Part shown: positions 11,313 to 26,100 of the stretch, in pieces
Position numbering within the stretch: the first letter of the stretch is position 1
Layout of the letters: each line of letters starts with the position of its first letter
Assembly (NCBI GenBank): GCA_030141605.1
Contig: JAQGDQ010000379.1
Location: forward strand, 62,001 to 126,000
DNA: 64,000 bases
Direction: 5' to 3'
From: Tubiluchus corallicola
Lineage: Eukaryota; Animalia; Priapulida
Translations under genes and position numbers: made by a program
The notes under the pieces: generated by a model
Told to the model about the DNA's origin: nothing
What the model saw: only the letters and a program-made list of their open reading frames with translations
The model's database searches: none

Positions 11313-14300
11313 TAGCGTTTAGTAATCAGTAAACTGCGAGATTCAATTCAATCAAAATGTTATGAGTGCAATTATGGGCTGTAAAACCCACTTAAATGCT
11401 CACTCACACAAAATTCCTGTCTACTCACAGACATTAAATGCGTTTCTTACAATTGCACAAGGCAACTTCATTAGTCAAAAACACTTTCTGGCAAGAGTCG
11501 AAATCTTTTCTTCGAAATAAGATATTTAGTAATGGATAATGAAACTTTGATATAATGTTTCAAACAAGTGACAACCAATTGACATAATACGTACAGAGCT
11601 GTGTTTCAAAATCAAAACAGCCACCACTTCAAATTTTTTTGCTGATGACAGGTATATTCGAGCATTGCATATTACGAAAAAGTACTTTTCACACTTTCCC
11701 CGAATTTTATCTACTCACAAATAAGTATTATGATGATGATAAAAAAAAATTATATTCCAGACTCCACTTTCAGACTCCAAGCGATGAAGCGAAAACGTTT
11801 TGTACCTTCTACACTAAATAGAAAATGGCTTTTAAGTCTTAATTTAGAAGTGTGGCACGTTTGACTGACGTTTACATCAAGAATACTGCCACCGAACCAC
11901 AAATCCCTTTATCTATAATAAGCAGGTTACCATATTGCGCGACATGTATATAGCAATCCCACATAATCTACCCATAACTCAAGTACTTTATCCTAGTAAA
12001 TTGCTACTGTAGGGTCTTGCATGACATAATCACACTCGAATTATAATAAAAAACACAAGTGTTGAGAAAAATAATAGCTTGAAAATGCATAAGAGATTAA
12101 AATTATTTTTTATAAATGAGCAATATTAATTTTTTTTGTAAATTTGCTGAGAATTTCGATTTGTTTACTTACTGTAACACCAACCATACAGTACATGTAC
12201 ACAACAATATTTTATACATTTTACTGTAAAAGCATAGCCTACATTCTTGCCAGAAATAAGTTTTATACGAACTAGTAGTAATCGTAAACTAATCGTTATG
12301 ATGCTTCTTTGACTATGTGCCAGCACTGAATAACATCATTTTTTTACTGCACAAAATTTTAATCTTATACCTTTTAATAAGCTTTTTCGCAGTTTCGTTG
12401 TGCGTACGCGCAGTTGCTGTAGATCAAATGTTAAGTGTACCCAACGAGGGTCTTTACAACCGTCACGTGACATGTGGATCAAGCAAAGCTGCCTGCCGCA
12501 TCTGTTCAGTAACTACAATTGTTTTACGTGGACTTTACTTAAAACTATGCATTAGTCTGCGGATAGAGAGTGAATTACTAGCAGGATCTTGTTTGGGAAC
12601 AAGAACAAGAAAAATGAACAAGGTAAAGTTCTAGCTAGCTGCTAAAACTGTTACAATTACAATAGCTTGGGCTGCAAGGCGCTGTCAAGTGTGCACAAAT
12701 GCGTTGACAGGTACACTTAACCTTTGGCGTTTTAACCACCATCATCAATCGCTGGAACTATGAAAAGGCTCATTATTAAGCAGTACACGAGAAGTGCAAA
12801 GCTTCTAATTTCAATTGCTTCAGTAAAAAAAGAAATTCTTTTATCTTATCTTTGTAAGTTATTATGTAAATTACTTTCTGATTTTTTTTCCGTATAAAAC
12901 AATTGCCAAGCAGGAGTGAATAATACATACGTGGAAAAGTTATTACATTAAATATGAATAAAAGGCGCATTACACGCACACTTGACCCAGTCACACAAAC
13001 CAAGAACTAATTACCCGCGCCTAATTTATTCTGAGATTAGGGAACGGAAATCCAAGTCAAAAACCACTCACCTGAAGAAGCCAAAAATCAATACTAATTA
13101 CTGGTAATCGATAATTGCAGCTGCTTTGCGGAGATGCGTGTGTGTATGCTTGGGTGGTGCGCAAGGCAGAGCGTGGGGTGTCCATGTATGTGAAGCCACA
13201 CACACCAACAATAAATCTCAATGCTTATCAGTGAATGAAACCAAATTAAGTGAAGTGCAAAATTTTAGCACTACCAACTAGTGATTGGAAACACAAAGGT
13301 TGTGTTGAACAGGATAATAGAACGAGATGCAAGAAATAGTTAGTGAGACAGTGTCTGTATCACAAACTAACGTTTACTACTTTACTCTATGGTGACTGGA
13401 ACATAGTGGGAAAAGTAAGAAGACAAAACTTAGTGTATAATTAAAGAAAAATATCTCAAATAACAGACGATGGAGAAAAACAGTGGCAAGCTGCTAATGG
13501 TAATGAAAGCACTCGAAATAATAAAACGTTACCTGTGAACAGCCGAATAACAAGTGAAGAACACTAAGTTTGAACAGCCAGCTTCAAATTAGTAACAGTT
13601 CATCGTGAAATCAAGGCGAAATAAAACTTAATGAAAGGTAAATTAAAATGAATTTTGAATTTTTCTACAGTGTTTTTCCATAATGATTAATGTTTGCAAC
13701 TCTGCTATATACGTGGAAATGAAATTAGTAAACAATATGGATGAAAAATTCGTTCTTATTTAATAACGTAAAATTGTAATTAAATAAAAGCACAAAGTAT
13801 ACAAACTATTTCTTTGTGGATTTTATCCAATTACACAAGTAAAACAGGTAGAACGATCTAGGTCAGTCGCATTATAGGTTGCTAGAGAACCACAGAAACT
13901 ACAAAGAAAAGTTTCTAGTACCTCATGAGAGCTAATTACTGCTGTTAGTGAACAGAAACAGGCCTAGGTATAAACGGTAATTGGAAAGATATTTATAATT
14001 AGGAAGCACACTAACAGGTCGTAATAACGCTATCAGGATATGATGAGATCGTTAAAGTCTTCTTTTTCGTATAAATTTTACGGAAAAAAAATCACACGGT
14101 TTAGTCCATTCTTAAGTAATGTTTGATTCGTACTGACTTGCAGTAATATCCAGAATGTTTTTAATGTTTAACAAAAAAAGTTTTAATTAATTTCTGATTG
14201 TGACAAGTGTAATTACATTAAACTGATACCAAACAAAAGGTGAATATTGTGTCAAGAAATATTGCCTGAAAGTTTGAATCAGCCGACATTATGCAGACTG

Positions 14301-16959
14301 TGCCACACTGTAAAATATTATACGACCTTATTAGCTTACTACTACCTGGGGAAAACAGAATGTTACGAAGTAATTAGGGCGGTGATAGTTATACGGGAAT
14401 TACTACACATAATAAGCTGAACAAACAATGAGCCTGAACCTACCATGCATGTCGCTCACTAATGATAATGAGGACGTTTTTAATATCACATCAGTTAGTT
14501 ATGTATTTATCTACAAAAATTCCTCTTTAGTGCAATGACTGATTGTGATAAACAAGGTGCGTATGAAACTATCTATATTTTAGCAAAATAAAAGAATTTC
14601 ATTTAACTGAAAACAGATACGTGCAATATAGCACACTATAAATCGTGAAATTTCTATTGACACTGAAAAAGAATTGGAGTACGCAACACCAGATCTAAAG
14701 ATTCAAAGAAGATGAGTCGACGACCCTGCTTGACTCGCACTTCTAACTAGAATATTTAAGTTACGGCTATTTTGGCCATCTGAAATCTTTGTGTATCTAA
14801 TTTTTTAAGTGCTGAAACTTGAACTATGAATTTGTCTAATTGTGAAAGTTGAACTGTTTTACAACATATTTGCATTTGTACTTCTTTTGCACTGTACGTA
14901 TTTATGTTACGTTAAAATCAAGTTGCAACTCAAGATACGTATACGTCAGGAACTGGGGCTATAAACCCTAGGAGATTAATTTTGAGGGCAGCAGAACTTT
15001 ACAAAGTTACAAAGTCAAACTCGATGTGTTTTGACAATTATTCATTTCATAAATTGATAACATATTATCCTCTACCCTGAATGTTCCTCCATACAAAGGC
15101 TAAAACACTTTGAATTTTGATTCCTTTGTATAGGCAAATGTTTTTCATTCTTTTTTATGGGTAAATTAATAACACCTCGACGAAAAATGAAATAAAATGG
15201 AACTTAAGTGAATTAAATCAAATAAACTGTAGTTGTGTCCAAAAGATCGTTTCAGTGAGAAAAAGAAGACGATATGATAATAAAATAAAAAAGCAAATAA
15301 GATGAAATTGTGTACTCAACGTCATTGGGTCAACTACCCCATAAAATAGAAAGGTGTAATCTAAGAACGGTAACATAGGTAACGTAACTATAATTCACAT
15401 TCATGCAGAAATAAGAAGTATGGTGAATTATTTTAGAATTCTGATTTGACAACCAGGAATTAATCAATGAAACTCCTTTGCTAGGTTTCACATATCTAGA
15501 ATAGCCACACAAAAGCCCGCACAAAAGACACACGCGCTACTAAACCCTCCATCAGAACTCTTAAATACTACAAGATACGACTGAATGAGATATGATGGTG
15601 GAAGTTAAACGTAATTAGTTGATCAAACTCAACCGACTGCTTGGCTACATGACTGCCTATTATCGCTTCCTTTATACTGTCAAACTTAGACAAATATTTT
15701 CCCTCTGCCATACACGCTGATACTGCGCCCGGTGCTTATTAGAAAATAGCGCGCAACCGTCTAATCTTATCAGGAGATTTTACTGCGAGGTTCCTAATTA
15801 AAAGCCCCTTTGATGGCTTCACTCAGATCTATAATACGCGTGGGACAAGAAAGAGAGAAAGAAACTTGCGCCGTTAAACGCATTTCGGCTTTCACACACA
15901 AGTAGTCCGATCAAAGTACAGCTGTCAACTTCATATTCAGATTGTCATATCTTCTGAATGAAAAAAACAAAGAAAATGTTAAATGTATTTATAGCATTTA
16001 CTTGTTCTTCTATTCGTTTTTAATGGTACAAATACCATTGGATTGTGCACTATACAGTCAAACTGTGAGAACAGGGAGACCTGGGATGACTGTAAAATTT
16101 CCCATATTTTCACTTGTAGATATATAAACACTTAGTGATGTGTCGTAGACTAGTACCCAGGTAAAGTTCACAATGTCCTCTATACATGTAGTTATTAACA
16201 TTGTAAAGGATTGCAAAGCCGTTAGAATAAAAATGTAACAACAAACCCCTCGCTCTGGGTATGCTGTAACACAGCTTGAGCAAGTTGAAACAGTGGCAGT
16301 TATATGTTATTATCTGGCAAAATTTTTTCCAAATCCAGCCCCCGTCTCTCCTAACTTTGCAATACTTTAGTGGTAATTTATGTTAACCACACGAAAAAAA
16401 TTTAACTAAGAATTTCCTAATAATTATTATTCAGCTTTCATGCATTAATGGCGTCGAGTTTATAACGGCCAATTTACACGCTCAAATTTATCTTATTAAA
16501 ATTACAGTCGATTGTGTAAATTTACTATAATACCTGCTAATCTTTCCTTGGCATTAACGTTCAAAGAAATAGCTGTAGTAAATGACAGTTAGAGTTACAA
16601 TAATTATGAAACAAGGCTTAGGATTTGCAGCAAAATTTATGAAAGGAAAGTTAAATGTATTGCAGAAATCCCCATGCATTAGGGAATAGTGTTCTGGAAG
16701 CAATAAAGTGCGAATGAACTAGTACATGACGGCTTCCCATTAATTCGGCGCTAAATACACAGGGCTATAAAACACCGCGGTAATTTATAACTAAGCGCAT
16801 TCTCACGCGCATTTATGCAGGCGAAATCTTAGCACTGAGAACCATTGTCAAACGACGACGGTTGGTTTTATTATCAGTACACCTGAACACAGACACCAAT
16901 GCATTATTGGCTCAAATTTATCACGGCTACATCAGCTTTCCATGGAAAGTGTTCAAGCG

Positions 16960-17360
16960 TTTAAGTTTAAGTTTATTACGCAGCAAATTAAAAATAAATA
17001 ATATACATTAAAAAATATACATACACATACACACATATACATCATATGAAAAACATGCAATACACATTAAAATATGTACATGGTTAAAAGACAACATAAT
17101 AATGAGGGGCGGTGTGGGAAGACACAGAACAAACACTTCTTACACGTACCTGTTAAATACCAAGATTGCTTAAAGCATTTATATTGACATAATTTAATTG
17201 CCGTTTAGAAAGGTCTTTTCCGAACTTTTACCAATGGTGCATCATTTACAATTTCAAGTAAACTATTCTAAATCGGAACAACCCTATTAGAAAAAATGAC
17301 CAAATATTTTTAGCAGATCGCCTGACATACAATTTAAGCAGTTGTTACTTCCTGTCCTTA
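16960..17360 (-). mobile_element. 3' fragment of a CR1/L2-clade LINE
   Basis: Minus-strand translation FFSNRVVPI*NSLLEIVNDAP matches the FFSNRVVxxWNSLP C-terminal motif of CR1/L2 ORF2; aataaa(cttaaa)n tail at about 16960-16977. Confidence 0.75.
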
Positions 17361-17367
17361 GTCATTC

Positions 17368-17871
17368 AGTTACTACTATGACTGCACACAGCGAGTACTT
17401 AGTCAGTTACTACTAATACTGTACACAGTGAATAGTTAATTAGTTACTACTATTACTGTACACAGTAAATAGTTAATTAGTTACTACTATTGCTGTACAC
17501 AGTAAGTAGTTAATAGTTAGTAATATTACTGTATACAGCAATTAATTAGTTACTACTATTACTGTACACAGTAAGTAGTTAATAGTTACTAATATTACTG
17601 TATACAGCAATTAATTAGTTACTACTATTACTGTACACAGCAATTAATTAGTTACTACTATTATTGTACACAGCAATTAATTAGTTACTACTATTACTGT
17701 ATACAGCAATTAATTAGTTACTACTATTATTGTACACAGCAATTAATTAGTTACTACTATTACTGTACACAGCAATTAATTAGTTACTACTATTATTGTA
17801 CACAGCAATTAATTAGTTACTACTATTACTGTACACAGTGAGTAGTTAGTTACTACTGTTACTGTACACAG
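17368..17871. repeat. Minisatellite, 33-bp unit x about 15
   Basis: Unit agttactactattactgtacacagcaattaatt. Confidence 0.95.
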
Positions 17872-18964
17872 AAGAAACTACTGCAAATGCGTACAAGTTG
17901 TTACTTTTTCACTTTTAAACTATTTTATTTTTCATAAATATATATGTAGGATGTTTTACAAGTCAACTCACTAATTTGATTTTCAATTTTTGCAGTTAGT
18001 CGACCAACGCGGTCCATCTTGTGGTAAGTTTGACACGATTTAAATTTTCATGAATTGGAGCCTCAGCCACCAAACTGTCATTTGATTCCTGTTGTAACTG
18101 CCATTAAAAGTCATTAATCTTTTAAAAACAATGAGTGACTTTTGAAACATCCGACATAATAATAAAAAAAACATAACAAAAAAATATTATCTGTAGGTGC
18201 TTATTAAAAGCATAACTTCAATTAATTTTAGCCTAAAAATGACATCATCATAAAAACTGGTGATTCTTCGGGTCACTGGGGTGACTTATTACACCTAATA
18301 TAACACTCCCTCGAATGAGACAAAGCAAAATTTGGCCCAAACTGAGAAAATGCGAAATTGCTGTATGTCAATTTTGTAAACTACATTTGTAAATTGTTTG
18401 CTGGTTGTGCCTTTGTTTGTATTTAAGAATGCTTGTTTTTATTTATAAGTCAAAATATAAGTTTCCACTTTCTATTCTGTGAGTCTAAGCAGCACCATTA
18501 TCACGTAACCCACCAAAGCTGGTTTTTCTCAAAAGCATTAAACGACAGCAATTATTCACAACTGCAGCTCCGTTCATGCTCTCTACTCAGCGTGAAATTC
18601 TACGCAACGAGCATGCAAAGTTTAGTTCAAATCGCCTTTTTCCATTAGCAACCGCAAACAGTATTTCAAAATGCAATCTGAGAAAAACGAAACTCATCAA
18701 CGATTGTGTGCACAGTAAACGAGACAGACTCATTTATTATCCATCGTCACACTTGAAATAATCATGCTATTAGTGGCAGGTTCTACATAAACAGCTTTCA
18801 TATCGCATCTACATTTATAATGATAATGAAATAATTACTCTTTGGTCAGCTAAACTAACGAATCCCTTAAAGAAAGCCTATTTTAATAAACACTCACAAA
18901 TCTGTCTGCCTAATTTCTTACTCACACATTAAAGAATTAAACATGGCCTATTTAACGTGCATTA

Positions 18965-19060
18965 GGTTGTAAAACAAGATTCTACCTTGGGACCACCTTT
19001 TTTTCTTATCCTTATTAATGATCTAAGTTTCCTTACAAGTACTTTTGCTGATAACTACCC
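18965..19060 (+). mobile_element. Degenerate LINE reverse transcriptase fragment
   Basis: VKQDSTLGPPFFLILINDLSFLTSTFADN, a decayed GVPQGSVLGPLLFLIYINDL...FADD motif. Confidence 0.7.
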
Positions 19061-19959
19061 TGTTCCTTACGCCCTCTTAACTTAATCACTTTACAGCACT
19101 GTAGCGAATGCAAACGAACCGCCAATTAACTTACACCAAAACAAATTTTATTTATATTAATCAGCAGCAAATATAAGATATCTTTACTTATGATCTTAAA
19201 TGTGGGTACAGGACATTTGGATGCAGCATAACGCATAATATTATCATGCATTATAATACAGCAAAAATGCGTACAATTATTGCTGATCTTGAAATATTGA
19301 TGAGCAAACGTTTTTTTAATTGACTTACTAATTGTAATATTACCACTCCTGTCCGAGTTGACAGCTAGTTATTAGCAACCAAACAATGCATTTTAGGGCG
19401 GTTTCTTCAAAAGCACATCAACCGTTCAGTGAATATATGTAATACTAGTTAAATTGCTGCATTAGTTGCACTGACGCTAAATTTTGGTGTGACGTGCATT
19501 TCTGTTATTTACTGTTTTCGTGATGCACTAGATATTTTTGAAATAGAATATTGTCATATTTTAATAAACTGGTAATGTAAACTTGCTGTGTCTTCTGCTT
19601 CTGCTATATGAATTTTACTGACATGTTTTTCTTTTTATCATTTTTGCAACTCACGGAAAAATACAAATTTAGTTGACTGCTTCTAATCTTTTCATAAAAA
19701 TCATGCACATCGCATGGGCACACCAGTAGACTTTGCTGTCGAACAAACAAGTTTCAGAAGTTTTGTTGTTAACTGGTCGATTATAATCATAGATGTCAAC
19801 GCCCTAAACAATGCTTTAAACCTGATAGTGCCCATATAAATAACTGTATATTTCAATGAATTATGTAGCTTTTCAGGCTGTGTAAGCAGCAACAGCATCC
19901 TAGCCATATTTGGGTTGTAAGTTCTTCCTCAATGAGATATGTTCTCCTTCAAGCAGCGG

Positions 19960-20130
19960 TAGGGGAGAGCATTTTCTCCATAAAGCGAATTTGAAACGAA
20001 TTTGCAACTTTCGAACTGAGTTTCGACAGCGAGAGAGTTTCGAATCGAATTCTAATTCACTTTTAAAGATTTTCGAATAAATTTTCGAATCATTAATAAA
20101 AAGCAGTCTCACATTTGATGCTCGCCCCTA
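19960..20130. mobile_element. MITE (hAT-like termini), TTCGAA-rich
   Basis: TIRs taggggagagcat / atgctcgccccta (12 of 13 match); no clear TSD. Confidence 0.7.
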
Positions 20131-23100
20131 TCAATCAGATAAATGTGCGGCGGTATTAGCTGAAATCGGCCAGGTGGTCATCCATCCATTTACAATCTGA
20201 GCAGCATGATGTACATTTTGTAGGTAAACAGCCAACTCTACACTCTATAGTTGCAGTAATTACTCAAACAATACCTTCATCTAAGTATATGTTGTCTAGG
20301 AAGTACCTAAATAATCATTTAGAATTCGAATTGCAAGCAAGCCTTTTCTGTGCTCAACTCTGGGTTAAGTATCTCATTAAAAGATGAAAGAAACAATCAA
20401 CTGATTGAAAAGCTATCTGAAATCATCTATTCCATTATTTTACGGTCTAGCTACTTATCTAATTAACTGCCCTGAAACAATTTCTTTTGATAATTCTACT
20501 GAGTAGTCAAACTAGTCATACAGATAAATTTCAGTATTATAACCAAATTAAAATTAGCTGAAATTAAACGAAACGCAATAATCATAAATTCTGACTCCAT
20601 GTTGACGGAAGGGTCTTACATGCACTTTCAAAGCTTACAAGTTTCAAATAAACCTTTGTTTACTATAGACAATCACCAATGTGCACGAAGTGCAGTCAGG
20701 AATGTGAAAAGGTAGTAAAATGTCAAAATGTCTTTACACCCTTTCAGCCAATTACAGGAAGTTACCAGAAATACATGTGATTTGTGACAAAGTCCCAGTG
20801 ATATGTGAAATAGCTACACAAACAAACATAGCAATGTGAGATGTTTCTGCAAAATGGAAAAGGAGAAGCCGAATCTGTTTGAGATAAGCTCTAAAGTCTA
20901 TCGACTGGTCGAGCACTCAAGCTGTAAATCTCGAATAAAAGTGATAAAACTTCATTCTGGACAAAAAGTCAATACTGTTAAAAACCGCCAATAGCTACAC
21001 TTTGAGAGGCGTGCAGACTCCCTGTAATGTATTGATTTTGAAATTTTAATATGGCACTTCTTCCCCCAAAATAATTTCTATTATTTTTTTCTAGACAAAT
21101 ATTTCCACTATGTGGGCAGTTAGTTTACAGATGAGACTTGTTGATAAGCTGAAGAAGATCTCACGTATTCAGCTGAAAACCAACCTATGAGAGCAAGAAC
21201 TAAATTCCTCTCAAGATCAAAAGAACTGGTAAGTAAAGATGCAAAGACAAAATTTAGTTTTTCAGTTTTTACGATTCGAACATTCAAAAATTACAAAATG
21301 AGATATTTCTAACAAAAATATCCCCTAACAAAGTACTGCAAAAATGTAGACAGACTGAACCGAAAAAGTGCACCCACCTCCCATCTGAATTATAAACTTA
21401 AGTTATAGAAGATTTTCATCTTCAAAATACTGAACATCTTTGCGTGATGATTAATTGCAGTATCCAGGGGATCACAGAAAAGTGATTAGCGAACAACATT
21501 CTATGATAAACCTGAGCATCTATGAAGCTATAGGTCCCCTAACTCTCATATTTGATGCCTTGAGGATGCTGACGTTCAACACAAGGTCATTCTTTTTACC
21601 CAAATTTTGTTCATAAATTCTCTTAATCAACAAAGCCTGGTATAATAAGCAGTTAGAAAATATCATTACAATATTTTCTGTATAGTTGGTTTCCATTGAT
21701 TTTAATAAAAAGCAAAAAAACCAAGAGTATTAGAAGACTGCCTTGAGTAACACACTATAATAACATCTGATCACTGGATTGTGTAAATTATTCCTCCAAA
21801 AACTGCACGTTGGATGCATAGCTAATCCTGTTTTGAATAGATGTTTTCACGCTGTCCCTAATGGCGCAAGACTGAAGCGTTAGTAACCCACGTTGATGAA
21901 ACACACAATCAAACGCCTTAATACAGCTGAATGTTTTTATATTAGCTTAATCTTTCCAAAATGGCCACCCACATGTGGTTCGTGTTTTCTGAAGAACTTA
22001 TCAGCTAGAATATTCATCTAACTATTTTTTCAAAATAAATATGAAGTGATATAATGAAACATCAAGTGGATTAAGATATGAACAGTACACTATACGCTAC
22101 ACAGCATTCAATGATGACTCAAATGATCTCTTGCAGAAAAATGCACCTAGAGCTTGGTCACCGCAAAAACAATATTGTTCTTTCAAATGAAAAACTGAAA
22201 TTGTCCCTTTAGTAAAAATGATTCATGGAATTGATTAGAAAGCAAACGGCTGTTTCTATTACGTAACTGTTGACATTTTTGTTCTTCTAAACCTCACTGG
22301 CGCAATAGCAAATCTCACGTAAGCTTGTCAAACAGGTAGAGTACACACACTGATGTTTAGACTGAAGTTCAATAAAGCCCGGCTGATAAGTTTTAAAGAG
22401 CATCTCAAACATTAATTTCGATGCTTTTCTCGTTTATCTGCAATAATAAACGAGAATTTTTACCAATAAATGTAATCTTCAAAATCCAGCTGCTTCTGAA
22501 ACCCAAAAACCAAACCTTTATTTGCGCAATCCTTTTACGAGATTCGCAAAACTTGTAATTCCTATTAAATCATAAATTGCAATATATCGATTAAACTTGC
22601 AGTTGCTCTGATAAAAAATTTGACAAAAGTGCAAGTACATCACATTCATCGGAAAAAAATAAGTGCCATAGATTGATTCGTCATTTTCAACTTGAGCTAA
22701 AGTTAAAACATCTAAATCAAAATCGAATGAGCAAATAATCTGCTCGAAAACCAACTTATGCTGGTATCATCATCAACTGAGAAATAAACTAGATTAGAAG
22801 TCATTTCTCTTCACAGCAGGCAAAATGAGTTGCAGAAGAATCCAATGACACATTCATCAACCACACGGGGTTCTCGTAATCTCCATCAATCTCAAACTAT
22901 TTCTGACCTATAGAAGCACTTAAAAAAGTTCTGAGTGTCCATACAACAATTTCGACAAAATCAACCACTAAAAAAGTCTATAACAGCCAGTTTACGAAAT
23001 GATAAATTAGTCATGATTAAATATACTCATTGTTATTCATATTAATATTAAAAAGAGGACCTACAGTGGTTAGAGACAAACGTTAACACAGAGTCCGAAC

Positions 23101-26100
23101 TATAATAAATCGGATTATTACTACTGGTAATTTGGTAAATGAAATGATATGACAGCCAGTATAATCAACATGCATGAAATGAAAATTATATGAAGCAAGG
23201 GTTTCATAAATGATAACCATTTGGATTTTGCACATCTTTACATTAATATTATTTGATTCAAGCAGCACAGAGACGGCACTAAAACACCATGTACAGTCGG
23301 TGAGTTCTGAGGAACAGGTTAACGCTTGTAAAATATTCATCAGCCCAATCCCTAAGGGCACAGTAATGGATAATCCGACCAAGATGCAATCATAGCTAAT
23401 CAACTTTAAATGCGATTATTACCTGTCAGCACAAGAGCTGCTACTTCATTCAAACAAAAAATATAAAGTTTACAGAGCAGTGACTAAACGGGAATGATAA
23501 AAATAACTAAAATAAATTGAACTCAATTTTACATTACCAAAAGACGCATAACAAATAAGTTATTATTTTCTTATTTTATAGAGATGAATGAGAGTATATT
23601 CGGGTAATAGCTGATGGTATAATATAAATTTCATATTGTTTTACAGAAAATGAAGCAGTTAAGATGTAGTGAGAAGAACCAAGAAAACTGTCAAGAAGTT
23701 GATGAACTGGCATTTGCACTGATTAGATGAAGTTCAAGAGACGTTCAGAATTCGTGACAAAGAGGAAACAGCAGCTGTAATTACAAGATGACAACCATCA
23801 GAATACCACCTTCACAAAACTAAACAAGAAAATGTTGTCTGTCAACAAGAAAACACCTTTGGATAACGAAAGATGAAGAAATGCAAGCATATTCCAAGGA
23901 ACGACAAGTTTCTTCCAAGTCAGCGATTCAGCATAGTCAGTCAGAGAGCAGTCTTTGTCATTTACAAGAGCATTTTGTACATATGTGCCGTTGCTTTATT
24001 GTCTTTGTTCTGTAAAATGTTAATATAAGTAATCCACTATAGTTCTTAAGTTTACAAACGACTGAGCAGTTACACATTCAATGTTTTTATTCATATATTG
24101 TATTTAGATTCACTATGCCTCATCCTTTAAAGTTTGTGTTTATCTGTTAAAATGTTATGTTGTTTAAGTGTGTTCCAGCAAGACTCATGTGCAAAATTCA
24201 ATGTAACTACCCAGAGCTTGACAAAACAGAGAAAGAAAGGGATGCTTAACCTTGACTTTTCAAAGGTAAGTTGTTTATAATTACTTTATTTATTTTGGTT
24301 AGAAGAAAAATTTTTGGTGAAGAAAGTTAACAAGAATAATCGCTCAATTTCATTGATTTTTCGGATGCTATGCCATGCATTGTGATGCAGCTTTTTTGGA
24401 AGATGGGTAACTAAAGCTTTCAGTAATTGAAAAGGATGCACCGCTGCAATGAGAAAATATGATTTTCAAATATTCTGGCATTTTTTTCCTAAACTTTTGC
24501 CTAGCTTCTCAGCGACAACACCAATTGAGTGATGAAGTCAGTCAGTCATTTACGAACTTATGGTTATATTTTTTATGAGTGCAGTCATTGTTTTTAACAT
24601 ACATTTTTTGAGCAACAGCATACACGTGAATGTTGAAGAGCTATTCACTTATGGACATTATGAATCACACAAGACAGTAGCAGTGATGCTAAAACAAGGT
24701 AAGCATTCTAAAAGAAACAACAGTTCCATTAATAACAAATGTGTAAACATAATGCACGGTATTATTTAGATTGGGAAAGATTATTAACGATTTCGCTTCT
24801 CTTCTAAATGCACTTAAGAATTTTTCCTTTCAATATTGCATGTTCAATATTCTCTTAATTCTTCGCACGTCATAATTAGTACAGAAGATGTGTATTAGTA
24901 TTTACTAGATGATAAAAATAATACAGTGATCCTGCACCGATGCTTGGCCTGATTAGTCAATTAAACAAACAAAATGCAGGTGACTGATAAATTACATTAA
25001 CCTGAGGGGAGGGGGGCAACTTTTCCCAAATAAGGAATTACGTTTTATTTTTTTCTGTAATCAAGGCACGTGATGCTTAAATGTTTTTAGAAAATATCAG
25101 CGAAATTTGTTCTTCTTTATAACAGCCTGCATATCTGAAATTATAACACACTGACAGTTAGCATTCCAAGACATAGCAAGTGAGGGCATAATAAGTATTT
25201 AAATAGCAAGTAGCCGTCTATAGTTAGAAAAGTAATCTGAGACAGTAACTGTAAGAAGAGAGGAAGCCAACATAATAGTATTGAATCTAGGTAAGCTTGG
25301 CTTTTCTCAAATTTCATTTTCCTACAGAAGCCTTAGTGGAATTACAGAAATGCATCAAATGCACTGCAAAATGAGGAACAATTTCCATGAGAATGGAAAA
25401 GATTTGAAATAGCTGCAGCTGACAATAATGAAATGACCAAGGGCACAGAATACAATAGACTTTGAAGCACTTTGATGTATTTGCCAGTGAAAGAGTAACA
25501 ATATGTCGGTGCTGCAATTTATACGAATACACTCTTTGTAATGAGAAGAATTAGAAGTGCTTAATTAATGGGTAATTTCAATGAAAAAGGTTAATTATAA
25601 TAGAACATAAATGTGTCAATGATTCAAATGATTGATTTTATTTGATTATATCTCTAATGCAACATTACCTAGACAGTGGCCTAAAATAGACAAATGAATT
25701 TTTGGTAATTTGTGAATTAACAATACAGATAGATACTTATATTAAAAAACTGTTTTATTTAGGAAATACGTATGGAAATTGTTTAGCTTTAAACAAAAAT
25801 GGTCACTTGATTTGTTTTCGTTAAGTTCATACTTGGATTTTAATGCATTTCATTAAAAGTTTTTCTTTTAAGTAGTAAAAGTTACTTGGTTTCTCAATTT
25901 TCAATTATCTTTTACAGGAATTTTGTTAATGAGGTCTTAATGGGAGCAGTGATGCAAGATATACATTGGATTATAATTCTGTGCCAAAGAACTTCATTAA
26001 TATTAATGTACATCACGAGATCCGCAAAACAAAATTTTTTCTTTGCTTTTTCATTATATTTATCAACATTTAATGCAACTAAGACTTGCTCATCATATGA

